Shown here: positions 41,757 to 51,068 of the stretch, piece after piece
Position numbering within the stretch: the stretch's first letter is position 1
How the letters are laid out: the number at the start of each line of letters is the position of its first letter
IMG/VR virus record: IMGVR_UViG_3300042544_001590
Location: 62,001-126,000 of that record
DNA length: 64,000 bases
Direction: 5' to 3' (one strand)
The notes under the pieces: model-generated
What the model was told of the DNA's origin: nothing
What the model saw: the letters and a program-made list of their open reading frames with translations, nothing else
Database searches by the model: none
Translations under genes and position numbers: made by a program

Positions 41757-43208
41757 ATGGCTAGAATTTACAAAACAGATGAAGTGATCAAACTTTTCAA
41801 GGATAAACATGGGGATCGGTATGATTATTCTAAATTTGTTTATCCCGGTAAAAAGAATGATAAAGGGATTGTGATCTGTAGAGAGCATGGTGAATTTCTG
41901 ACTTCCAAACAATATCATTTAAAAGGGTGTGGTTGCCCCGAATGTGTTGGTGTTCCAAGAGGAGGTTTTAAACGGAGAACCCAAGAACAATTCATGGAAG
42001 AATTGAAAGAAAAATATCTAAAATTTTATGATTATGATTTTTCAAAATTCATATATAAGAACAATACTACCAAAGGAACTATCATATGCCCCAAACACGG
42101 GGAATTTCAAATCACACCCAAACACCTTTTGATGAGACAGTATGGTTGTTCGGAGTGTTCAGGGAAGAAAAGATTAACAATTGAAAAGATCAGGGAATTG
42201 ACATCCTATCAAATTCCCGATCAGGAATACACCAATAATAAAACACATATTAAAGCTGTTTGTGAATTGCACGGGGAATGGTTGGTGCGACCAGATAACC
42301 TACTTCATGCTAAAACGAGGTGTCCTGTATGTGCGGAGAATCTATCCAAGATTGAAGAAGAACTTAGGGAATTTGTTAAAACAGAGTTGGACGTTACCAT
42401 TATCACAAATGATAAACAAATTCTAGATAAAAAAGAATTGGATATCCTATCCCACAAACATAACATTGCAATTGAAATGAATGGTTTGTTTTGTCATTCG
42501 GAGGAAGGAGGTAAGGACAAACATTACCACCTACACAAGACGAATAAGTGCTTAGAGTCTGGTATTCGTTTATTTCATATATTTGAGGATGAATGGCGGA
42601 ATAAACAGGAGATTTGGAAATCCATTATTAGATATAATTTTAAAATGGTTCCCAATAAAATCCATGCTAGAAAATGTGAAATCAGATTGGTTGATAATTT
42701 CACCACCAAACAATTCTTAACAGATAATCATCTACAAGGATATTCTAATTGTTCTGTTTCTGTGGGACTTTATCATAATGATCAATTGGTATCCATATTA
42801 ACTTTTGGTAAGAGTAGATTCGATAAAAACGTGGAATGGGAGCTTATCCGTTTCGCCAATGTATTGAATACATCAGTAGTCGGTGGATTCCAGAAATTGT
42901 TCAAACACTTCATCAAGACTTACAATCCAAATTCCATTGTATCATATGCAGATAAACGATACTCAATTGGTAATGTATATCGTAGTGTTGGGATGGAAGA
43001 GATTGAAAACGATGCTGTTAATTATTATTATTTCAATAAGCGAGAAGGTGTTAGATATTCTCGCCATCAGTTCCAGAAACATAAGCTGAAAGATAAGTTA
43101 CCAATCTTTGATGAGTCCTTGAGTGAGGGTGATAATATGAAATTAAATGATTTTTACAGAATCTATGATTGTGGTAATTATAAATTTGTGTGGAGGAAAT
43201 CCTTGTAA
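41757..43208 (+). CDS. Hef-like free-standing homing endonuclease
   Basis: YDYSK/IC..HGEF/GC.EC repeats, ELDI...IAIEMNG.F.H, VGGFQKL...IVSYADKRYS; paralog of 26887..28572. Confidence 0.82.
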   Translation: MARIYKTDEVIKLFKDKHGDRYDYSKFVYPGKKNDKGIVICREHGEFLTSKQYHLKGCGCPECVGVPRGGFKRRTQEQFMEELKEKYLKFYDYDFSKFIYKNNTTKGTIICPKHGEFQITPKHLLMRQYGCSECSGKKRLTIEKIRELTSYQIPDQEYTNNKTHIKAVCELHGEWLVRPDNLLHAKTRCPVCAENLSKIEEELREFVKTELDVTIITNDKQILDKKELDILSHKHNIAIEMNGLFCHSEEGGKDKHYHLHKTNKCLESGIRLFHIFEDEWRNKQEIWKSIIRYNFKMVPNKIHARKCEIRLVDNFTTKQFLTDNHLQGYSNCSVSVGLYHNDQLVSILTFGKSRFDKNVEWELIRFANVLNTSVVGGFQKLFKHFIKTYNPNSIVSYADKRYSIGNVYRSVGMEEIENDAVNYYYFNKREGVRYSRHQFQKHKLKDKLPIFDESLSEGDNMKLNDFYRIYDCGNYKFVWRKSL

Positions 43209-43235
43209 TAATTGATTCCGGTATTAAGTATTACT

Positions 43236-44012
43236 ATGTTCAAGAAACAATTCAAATTATACGTCACCATCAATAAAATCAATGGTAAGGTCTATGGTGG
43301 AAAACATTATTGGTATCCAAAAACCAGATACATGGGATCAGGTTACAGGTTGAGACAGTCTATCAACAAATACGGGAGAGAGAATTTTGAAACAAGATGG
43401 TTTAATTTAAAGATTGATACCCCAGAAGATTTGGATAGATTGGAAATAAAATTAATCAGGAGATTACATCATAAATTCGGTAAGAGCAATTGTTATAATA
43501 TTCAAAAAGGTGGTAGGGGTGGTTATTACACCGAATACATGGACGAGAATGAATTGGAAGAGGTTTATTCTAAAATAAGCAATGGTCTTAAAGAAAAATA
43601 TAAAGACCCAGAACATTACGAGAAATGGAAGGAGTCCCTAAAGAAAAGGAAAGCTACGATGGATTTGAGAAAATCCAAAGAAGGTAAGTCTGAAAAAGAA
43701 ATCAAAAAGAGACAGTTCATGCTAGATAATGGGTTTGGCATAGTCACGTATGAAATATTATATCCCGATGGTAAATCTGTTGTTGAGAGTAAAACGCTCA
43801 GAGATTTTCTAACTGAGTATAAAACAGAAGATCATGTGTTTTCTCGTATCAGATCAAATGGTGAGTATATGTTTAAGAAGAGAACCAAGCTCACAAAACA
43901 TCCATTTCCAGTTAAGACAATTATAAAATATATATCAGAGATACGAACATTCAATACCTATAAAAACGAGGAAACCCGAGGGTCTTCGGCACCTCGGGTT
44001 TCAGATTTTTAG
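43236..44012 (+). CDS. Seg-like GIY-YIG homing endonuclease
   Basis: LYVTINKINGKVYGGKH...YMGSG..L..SINKYGRENF; convergent with gp23, as segD is in T4; TAAGTA-N5-ATG at 43236. Confidence 0.8.
   Translation: MFKKQFKLYVTINKINGKVYGGKHYWYPKTRYMGSGYRLRQSINKYGRENFETRWFNLKIDTPEDLDRLEIKLIRRLHHKFGKSNCYNIQKGGRGGYYTEYMDENELEEVYSKISNGLKEKYKDPEHYEKWKESLKKRKATMDLRKSKEGKSEKEIKKRQFMLDNGFGIVTYEILYPDGKSVVESKTLRDFLTEYKTEDHVFSRIRSNGEYMFKKRTKLTKHPFPVKTIIKYISEIRTFNTYKNEETRGSSAPRVSDF
43960..44010. terminator. bidirectional intrinsic terminator between seg-like gene and gp23
   Basis: 11-bp stem GAAACCCGAGG/CCTCGGGTTTC with T-tracts nearby on both strands. Confidence 0.8.
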
Positions 44013-44032
44013 CTTTTGCTTGGATATTAGAC

Positions 44033-45493
44033 TTACAGGTAAGTACTAACCGATCCGGGCGTAAACGCAGTTCCAAGACCTTTTACGATGATAAGGTGGT
44101 AATAGAGCGATGCACCAAAAATGTTGTTCACAATCCCGTAACGAGTCATAAGACCCACACGAGGAGCGAAATCATTTGGTCCAATCGTTCTTTGCACCAT
44201 GATCGGGATATACGGACAGTATATCAGACCAGTATCATAGTATTCAGAACCCTTGTAACCCAACAGCGCATATTCGACACCAGCACCGGAATTCGGAGCA
44301 TTGGTGTAGTAGTTAGGCGAGTAGAGCGAGGAGTTCTGAACTTCAGTCCTAGTATCACGATACACAGTCCAGCGGCTACCAACAGTACCAACTTTTGCGA
44401 TACCAACACCAGCCGTCGAAACGGTGCCATTGATTTCGTAAACCTTAAAGTCGGGAAGCATTTCGAGGATGCTGCAAACGCGGGGAGTGGCGATAACAAA
44501 GTTAGCGGCACCTCTACGGTTACGAGCAGCCATACGACCACTTTCGATAATAAGGCGTTGATAGAAGGTAAGATTCCTTTCAGCAGTCCAACGTCCATCC
44601 GCACTAACAGGACTCCAGATGGAGAAACCTGCGCCAGCACCAGCATTGAAGGCTGTTTGGATCATACGCATCACAACTTCGCGGTCGATTTCGGCTTGGA
44701 TTTCATACGACATTGCGTTCGTAAGTTCTCCATCGATATCGATACCGTTCATGTTTTTGATGTCTTGTTCCAACTCAACACTCCAACGAGTAGCAAGCCT
44801 ACGTGTTCCGGCCTCAACAGCGGTCTTTTCAAACTTGAGTTCGATCTGAGGGATTTTGCCCGTCAATTCGTAGTTACTCAGGAGTTCTGCAATACCACGG
44901 TCTTGATCTGCGAACGTCCACTCGGCATGACCCGAAAGGAAACCAGCAGATGTGCCAGTGAAACGTGTGTCCAGAAGTTGAAAACCAAGTTCGTCGTCGG
45001 GAAGACCTGCGCCACCGGAGTAAGCGTCGGTACCGTTACCACGAGAGGTGGAGGTGAAGGATTTACCGTCGATTCCATCAGCACCAAGGGTATCACCTTG
45101 ATAAGCATAACGGAGAGCGAAGGCAAGTCCGACTGGACCACCCATGGGTTGAACACCCACGATTTCGTTAGAGATCAATTCAGGGAAAGTACGCCGAATC
45201 ATAGGAATCAGAATCTTTGGCAGACGAGCATCACCGGGGGCATAGTTATCGCTGTTAGCGATACCATTGCCAAGGGAAGCAGCCGCACCAAACACACCAC
45301 CGCTAGCGGCAGTATTCGATTCTTGGTAGCACCACTGTTCTTGGTTTTCCAGAAGCATGGCAGTAGTCTTGTAAACGTGTTCGTTACGAATAGCTGGGAT
45401 CGAGTCCGAGCTATAATCGAGAACTTTACGCCACTTGGCAACTGCTTGTTGCATCTTGGAGCCTTGGATATCAGTAGATGGTAGATTATTCAT
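44033..45493 (-). CDS. gp23: major capsid protein gp23
   Basis: LIPMIRRTFP.LI...VGVQPMGGPVGLAFALRY, ELEQDIKNM.GID...EL...MSYEIQAEIDRE, YCPYIP, PRVGLMTRYG. Confidence 0.97.
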   Translation of the reverse strand: MNNLPSTDIQGSKMQQAVAKWRKVLDYSSDSIPAIRNEHVYKTTAMLLENQEQWCYQESNTAASGGVFGAAASLGNGIANSDNYAPGDARLPKILIPMIRRTFPELISNEIVGVQPMGGPVGLAFALRYAYQGDTLGADGIDGKSFTSTSRGNGTDAYSGGAGLPDDELGFQLLDTRFTGTSAGFLSGHAEWTFADQDRGIAELLSNYELTGKIPQIELKFEKTAVEAGTRRLATRWSVELEQDIKNMNGIDIDGELTNAMSYEIQAEIDREVVMRMIQTAFNAGAGAGFSIWSPVSADGRWTAERNLTFYQRLIIESGRMAARNRRGAANFVIATPRVCSILEMLPDFKVYEINGTVSTAGVGIAKVGTVGSRWTVYRDTRTEVQNSSLYSPNYYTNAPNSGAGVEYALLGYKGSEYYDTGLIYCPYIPIMVQRTIGPNDFAPRVGLMTRYGIVNNIFGASLYYHLIIVKGLGTAFTPGSVSTYL

Positions 45494-45556
45494 ATATTTG
45501 ACTTTCTATTCACATTGTTCAGGAATTACTTCCTCATAGTGCGGGGTGGAAATTGT

Positions 45557-46444
45557 TTACCTACGGAATGTTTGTTTTTTCAAAACATCCAGATAGGGAT
45601 CAGATTCTTCATCCGTATTAGTATTTATCTTTTCCGTGACAATTTTTTGTTCTTTCACGAAATCGGGCTTATGTTTGCGATTTTGAACCGCTTCTTCCTT
45701 GATGGTTTCCAGTTGCTTTTTCTCTTGTTTTTCGAAAAGGCGAACGGTGTAATCAAAGTTCTCCTGAATGAATTGCAGGGACTTGTCTCCCAGAGCCTTC
45801 TTAACAAAGTTCTTTTTGGTTTCGGGATACTTGGAAGTTCTGGCTTCAAGGAAGAGCTTGACTTCAGACTTGTTCTTGGATTCAGTAAGAACTCTCATGC
45901 TCTTTTCAAGCTCTTCGTTTCTCTTGCGGAGCTTGTCGATTTCGGTCTTGCCTTCCACGATGGCACCCGAAACGGATTCCTTCATGACAGCAAGATCAAT
46001 TGCGAAAACCTTCTTGAGATTTTCCAGAACATTCATCGCAGTCTTATTCTTAACAGCTTGTTTAATATCTGCTGTTGGAACGGACTCTTCAATGAATTCA
46101 TCGAGGAAAGCACTAACGGATTCGGTGAGTTGTTTCTTGAACTTGAGGAGATCACCGTTCTGTTCACGCTCATACTTTTTAATAACCTTGACAAGCTTTG
46201 CGGTCTTATCCCTATCAAAAGCTTCCATGATCTTCTTCATCTTGAGAGTGCGATCCTTATCAACAGATGACATGAGGGTTTTGAGCTTGGATGCATAGAC
46301 ATCATCCTGTTCCAAAAGGGCAGCTTCAACAGCCAGATCAATTTTGGCTTCAAGGGATTCCTGAATCGCCTTTACGGATTCATCACTGAGTCCCAAGCTT
46401 TTTTGGATGTCTTCCGAGAAAAGGTTCGTGCTTTTTTTCTTCAT
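45557..46444 (-). CDS. gp22: prohead core scaffold gp22-like
   Basis: Coiled-coil, E/K-rich, directly upstream of gp23; TAAATA-N5-ATG at 46444. Confidence 0.82.
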   Translation of the reverse strand: MKKKSTNLFSEDIQKSLGLSDESVKAIQESLEAKIDLAVEAALLEQDDVYASKLKTLMSSVDKDRTLKMKKIMEAFDRDKTAKLVKVIKKYEREQNGDLLKFKKQLTESVSAFLDEFIEESVPTADIKQAVKNKTAMNVLENLKKVFAIDLAVMKESVSGAIVEGKTEIDKLRKRNEELEKSMRVLTESKNKSEVKLFLEARTSKYPETKKNFVKKALGDKSLQFIQENFDYTVRLFEKQEKKQLETIKEEAVQNRKHKPDFVKEQKIVTEKINTNTDEESDPYLDVLKKQTFRR

Positions 46445-46481
46445 ATTATTATTTAGAGATTGGGTATGAATTTTTTGAAAA

Positions 46482-46883
46482 TCAGAACAAAGGATTGTCA
46501 ATTTCTTGAGCGATCCGATTCTGTATTTTAGAATTTATCACTTGTTTAAGATGTTTGTGGGCTTCCGCGTGATTATTGGTCATAATGGCCTCAATGAATT
46601 TGGACAGTGTGGTGGATTCCTTCACACAATTGTTGACGGTCTTTCCGCCTTTCTTTTTGGTGCCTTGTTTCTTATAACCTTTCCAACATGCTTTCTTTTC
46701 CTCGTCCTCTTGATTGGCTTCTTCATTATCCTCATCAAAAGCATTGCCGCGATTATACGATCCCTTGCCTTTCTTCGGCTTTTCGGTTTTGGTCGCAGGG
46801 GCAAAATGCTTGCGCTGTTTCACTTCAGGGCCGTCGAAAACGTGTTTGCCCTGTTTCTTCAAATGTTTATATGTTTTACCCAT
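46482..46883 (-). CDS. prohead core gp67/68-like protein with an N-terminal ArfA-like segment
   Basis: Position between gp21 and gp22; EKPKKGKGSYNR; CWKGY...NCVKE; C-terminal helical FIEAI..NN..EA...L. Confidence 0.62.
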   Translation of the reverse strand: MGKTYKHLKKQGKHVFDGPEVKQRKHFAPATKTEKPKKGKGSYNRGNAFDEDNEEANQEDEEKKACWKGYKKQGTKKKGGKTVNNCVKESTTLSKFIEAIMTNNHAEAHKHLKQVINSKIQNRIAQEIDNPLF

Positions 46884-46891
46884 GATATTAT

Positions 46892-47554
46892 TTAGATTGA
46901 ATTGATAAATTTTATGATCTGTGCGCGAAGATAATTATCAACATCGTGTTTGGGGAGGGTTTTGAGGGATTTACCAAAGTCTTCATAGATTTGTTCAAAT
47001 CTTCCATCTTGATTAACCACAAAACTAGCACTCTCCAAAATCCCATTAACAAAAGCCTTTGGGTAAGAAGGATCAGCAACAGCATCAATGGCTACTAAAT
47101 GCATATTCTGGACGACACTATAATTTTGATTTTCACTTAATTGTCCAAGCGCACGAGTGGACATCCCGATCTTAACGCCATCATTGATGAGGGAACGAAG
47201 GATTTGACCTGTTGGTGTTGATAGAACTTTTGCTTTACCGATGAAATAATCATCAACTTCCGATAGTTCCGTAACCAAGTGGCAAGCTCTTTCAAGATTA
47301 ACATCAGCACTGGATGGGTGATTGAGTTCTCCCATGGCGCGTCCCGGCATGATCATTTCATTAACATATCGTTGGACTTCTGTTCTAGTGTCGTCCAATT
47401 TATACATGCGAGAATTTTTGTTAATTTGATTACAACCTATAAATGGGCCTTTCACATATAGGTTAGATGCACTGTTTCTATTTGATTGTTCTTCAATAAC
47501 TTCAAAGTTATCAAACACATCAGGATTTTCAGCAATCAACTTTAATTTAAGCAT
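46892..47554 (-). CDS. gp21: prohead protease gp21
   Basis: LYVKGPF, N.N.RMY, AMGELNHP, TPTGQI, GMSTRALG, DAVADPS. Confidence 0.93.
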   Translation of the reverse strand: MLKLKLIAENPDVFDNFEVIEEQSNRNSASNLYVKGPFIGCNQINKNSRMYKLDDTRTEVQRYVNEMIMPGRAMGELNHPSSADVNLERACHLVTELSEVDDYFIGKAKVLSTPTGQILRSLINDGVKIGMSTRALGQLSENQNYSVVQNMHLVAIDAVADPSYPKAFVNGILESASFVVNQDGRFEQIYEDFGKSLKTLPKHDVDNYLRAQIIKFINSI

Positions 47555-47586
47555 ATCCTTATTTATTCATAAGGAATACAATTTCA

Positions 47587-48051
47587 TTAATTTAGCTCTT
47601 TTTCCGTGATAATAATGAACTCCATGCCATGTTTCTTTGCAAATTCCTTTGCAAATTTTATCTTGTCTTGTAAGTTTTGGAAAGCCACCTGTTCATATAA
47701 CAAATTCGCCTTCTTCTTACCCTTCCCAGCTTTCGGCTCTTGCGTCTGCTTCCAAGGCTTGACTTCCACCAGATATTTTTTGACAATATCCCCCTCCTGT
47801 ATCTTTACATAAGCGTCCACAAAATAAGTCCGTGTCTTTTGCTGAAGAGTGTCCCTGTAGGGAATTTTAATTTCCTCACTTCCCCACTCCACCACATTGG
47901 GATTATTATCACAAAAACGGAAAAATTTCAATTCCAAACCGGATCGGTATATGATATTATCAATCTTACCGACATATTTCTGAATATTTTTCGGAACATA
48001 AAATCCTTGGTGGAACTTCTTATTCCTTTTTGATAATCCCAAAGAACCCAT
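47587..48051 (-). CDS. gp4: head completion nuclease gp4-like
   Basis: YRSGLE..FF.FCD.NP.V.EWGSEEI.IPY, RTYFVD, EVKP. Confidence 0.88.
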   Translation of the reverse strand: MGSLGLSKRNKKFHQGFYVPKNIQKYVGKIDNIIYRSGLELKFFRFCDNNPNVVEWGSEEIKIPYRDTLQQKTRTYFVDAYVKIQEGDIVKKYLVEVKPWKQTQEPKAGKGKKKANLLYEQVAFQNLQDKIKFAKEFAKKHGMEFIIITEKELN

Positions 48052-48059
48052 GGGAATAT

Positions 48060-48449
48060 TTATTCTTCGATAAGAGGTTCTTCTACAATCACAGGCTCCA
48101 CAATCGCTTCTGGTTCATGTATTTTTTCAGATATTTTTACACCTTCCATACCGAAGGTAATGACCTTCGGTTTTTCTGATTTGCATCTAATATCCATAAC
48201 TCCATTAGATTCTAGAATATCATTGAATGCTGTAGCTGCTTTGAAATGTTTCTCGAATACATCTTCCAAAACTCCTTTTACTAAAAGTTCATTTATAACT
48301 GATTCTAGTCTATCATTAGGCAAACCCCAAAAATATTCAAAAGAATTATTCAATGAGGAAACAGCGACCTTTAAAGCTCTTATTGTATTATCAGCTAATT
48401 TCTCAATCTGACCAATATCTTTTTCTAGTTGTGTTTTGTTTGTAATCAT
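48060..48449 (-). CDS. hypothetical protein
   Basis: ORF track; 4-nt overlap with the fibre-like gene. Confidence 0.68.
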   Translation of the reverse strand: MITNKTQLEKDIGQIEKLADNTIRALKVAVSSLNNSFEYFWGLPNDRLESVINELLVKGVLEDVFEKHFKAATAFNDILESNGVMDIRCKSEKPKVITFGMEGVKISEKIHEPEAIVEPVIVEEPLIEE

Positions 48450-50983
48450 AAATACGTGAGGGTTAACCCTTGTGGGATAAATAAGGATAGATTTAGGTTT
48501 TCGTTTGTTCTACAGCCTACATAGGTTTGAGTTCCAGCAGTTCCAGTTTTCACTGTAGGACCACCGGAAATAGTCTCTATTAAAGTTCTATTATTATAGA
48601 AAGAAACATTTCCTAATCCATCGCTGTAAATTTCGATATAATTTACCGGGTATGGCCATCCCGCCATACTGTAAAGCGGAAGTGTTGTTTGGTTTAATGT
48701 TGTTCCATTATGAACCATTCCATATAACTCTCTATTAAAAATAAATACACCAATCCCCGCCTCAGTAAGTGGTTCAAATGTGGCATTTCCACGGTTGCCA
48801 CCAAATCTTACATATCCTTCCGCATTAGCGGCAATGCTTTGGTTGCTACCGTAAGTATGAGTGATTCTAAATCCAAGAACCAATTCTCTATCGAAGTATA
48901 TACCACTATTTCCATTACTGGCATGAAATCCACCGGGAGGACAATAGGTAAAGGGTGAGTATCCACCCGAATATATAGACGCCCTATTTCCTGAAACTGT
49001 CGAGGTATTGCAAGTAAGGGTATTGGAACTGTAACTAGATGCTGCTCCACTTCCCGAATTAGCAGCATTCCATCCTGTATTCTGATCTATACGAATAGAC
49101 CAACTACCAAATGCCTGAGTATATAAAAGATCACCCAACCTTTTTGTTATAACAGATTCACCCATGGAAGCTGTCTGATTTGGTGAAGTAATCTGGCCAT
49201 TTACAATTACATCGTCCGTGAAGGTCTTATCTCCTGCTATGCTTTGATCTCCTGTATTATATACAAGATTGGCAGCCGAAACGTTATCGGAAAAGTTAAA
49301 AATTGCACCCGAGCCGACAGCATTTAGTGTGACAGCTCCTGTAGCGTCAACTGTTGCGCTGAAGTAGTTAGAATCATCATAACCAACACGTAATTGTTCA
49401 GCGGTGGAGATTGTGTGAAGACGGGCGGAAGGTGATGTGGTTCCTACTCCCACCCTATTATTCGCAGCATCGACAAAAAGCGTGTTGGTATCGACAGTTA
49501 GATTACCTGTAACTGTGCCACCAGATAGTGGGAGATAATCATTTAAGAGGTAAGATAAGCCAAGATACTGGTTAGCAGAAATAGCACCCACCACAGTAAG
49601 ATCACCATTCATGGTTCCCCCATCTTGGTATTGGGTGGCATTGGTTCCTCCACCAGAAGCATAAACCGTTACATATTTGCGAAGATCGGTCTTTACATTC
49701 TCAATCTTGTCATGGATTTTGGTGTTCCATTCCTTCTCAATTGAGTCCCAATCTTTAACAATTTTACCGGATTTCTTTGTTTCCAGAATGTATTCAACGG
49801 GCTTTTCAGCCTTGATTTTACGAATCTCCGTAAGCAATCCATCCCTACTTTCCTGAATCAAATTTTGAAAATACTTCCTAGCTTCATCGGTAATATCAAG
49901 GGTTTCTTCTTTAACTAATTCCAACTTATCATCAAAATAACTTACGACTTCCCGTTCCTTTTCATCCAGCTTTCTTTCAAATTCTTCGGAAATTTGTATT
50001 ACCTTTTTATCAACGTTACCAACACGGGAAAGGGCTTTCTGAACTCCTTTGTTGAGGGAATTGTTGAGTTCAATATTAGCATCCCGAATAGCGGATATTT
50101 CTTTATCAACGCCTTCAAGCAGCGAACGATCTGCTTTCTTATCCAGCTTGGAATTCAGATTATTATCAATTTCTGAAACCTTTTCGTGGATTTCAACCGC
50201 AATATCCCGAAGTTCCTTATCAACTTTCGGATTAATATTCTTTTCCCACAAATCCTTGACCAATTGCTTAATGGACTTGTCAATCAGTTGGGAAGACTTG
50301 CTAAAGTCCTTTTTCAGAGATTCATCAAGGGAATCACGTATCTCTTCAATCTTGTTATCAATCGTTTCCCGAATCTCCGAATATTTCTCATCATTATTAT
50401 CAAAAACCTCTTTTTTGATTCGTTGAGATATGATCGTAAATTCATCAACCAGATTTTCCCGCGCACTTTCTAGATAACTTTCAAGTGCTTTTTTCTTGGT
50501 TTCCGATTCCTCCCGAATCTGTTTGATTTGGCGGGATTTTTTAAGCTCCAATTCCTTTTTGGCAGCGATCAGGGCATTTTTCTTAGCTTCCTGAATCTGT
50601 AAAAGAATCTCGTTTTTCTGATCTTCAACAACTTCGGGGATGAAAATTTCATCATTTTCCGTTATTGTGATGGATTCCTCTTCGATGGAATCCTCAATTT
50701 TGGATTCAAAAATTTCAACGTAATCACTCTGTTCGTTGAACACAACCTCAAATTTCCCTTTGGTAAGAACAAAGGGATAATTCGCTATCTTACCCCCCAT
50801 CTCAACTGGAATAGACACCACCGGATTGCCGTTGTGTTCGGAAATCTTTTCGACTGGATATTTATTCTTGTTTATCTCGACCTCATAGACACCGAAAAAG
50901 ATTTCTGAAAAATCTTGAACTTTGATGATGTTAAGAGGAGAGTCAGTTAAGGTGGGAGACACCTTTTCGCTAAACAATCTCAT
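48446..50983 (-). CDS. long coiled-coil virion protein with fibre-like C-terminus
   Basis: About 440 aa of E/K heptads, then GGTVTGNLTVDTNTLFVDAANNRVGVGTTSP fibre-type repeats; late promoter. Confidence 0.72.
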   Translation of the reverse strand: MRLFSEKVSPTLTDSPLNIIKVQDFSEIFFGVYEVEINKNKYPVEKISEHNGNPVVSIPVEMGGKIANYPFVLTKGKFEVVFNEQSDYVEIFESKIEDSIEEESITITENDEIFIPEVVEDQKNEILLQIQEAKKNALIAAKKELELKKSRQIKQIREESETKKKALESYLESARENLVDEFTIISQRIKKEVFDNNDEKYSEIRETIDNKIEEIRDSLDESLKKDFSKSSQLIDKSIKQLVKDLWEKNINPKVDKELRDIAVEIHEKVSEIDNNLNSKLDKKADRSLLEGVDKEISAIRDANIELNNSLNKGVQKALSRVGNVDKKVIQISEEFERKLDEKEREVVSYFDDKLELVKEETLDITDEARKYFQNLIQESRDGLLTEIRKIKAEKPVEYILETKKSGKIVKDWDSIEKEWNTKIHDKIENVKTDLRKYVTVYASGGGTNATQYQDGGTMNGDLTVVGAISANQYLGLSYLLNDYLPLSGGTVTGNLTVDTNTLFVDAANNRVGVGTTSPSARLHTISTAEQLRVGYDDSNYFSATVDATGAVTLNAVGSGAIFNFSDNVSAANLVYNTGDQSIAGDKTFTDDVIVNGQITSPNQTASMGESVITKRLGDLLYTQAFGSWSIRIDQNTGWNAANSGSGAASSYSSNTLTCNTSTVSGNRASIYSGGYSPFTYCPPGGFHASNGNSGIYFDRELVLGFRITHTYGSNQSIAANAEGYVRFGGNRGNATFEPLTEAGIGVFIFNRELYGMVHNGTTLNQTTLPLYSMAGWPYPVNYIEIYSDGLGNVSFYNNRTLIETISGGPTVKTGTAGTQTYVGCRTNENLNLSLFIPQGLTLTYL

Positions 50984-51068
50984 TATGATTATTTAGCGAA
51001 ACAAAATCTAAATCAAGGAAAAAAGTTATTTATTGTTGAAATAAATTACCGATAATATCCCATAACAA

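Noticed and set aside
44096-45484. 462-aa plus-strand ORF antisense to gp23
   Set aside because: Exact shadow of a highly expressed gene with strong codon bias; no recognisable motifs, promoter or start context
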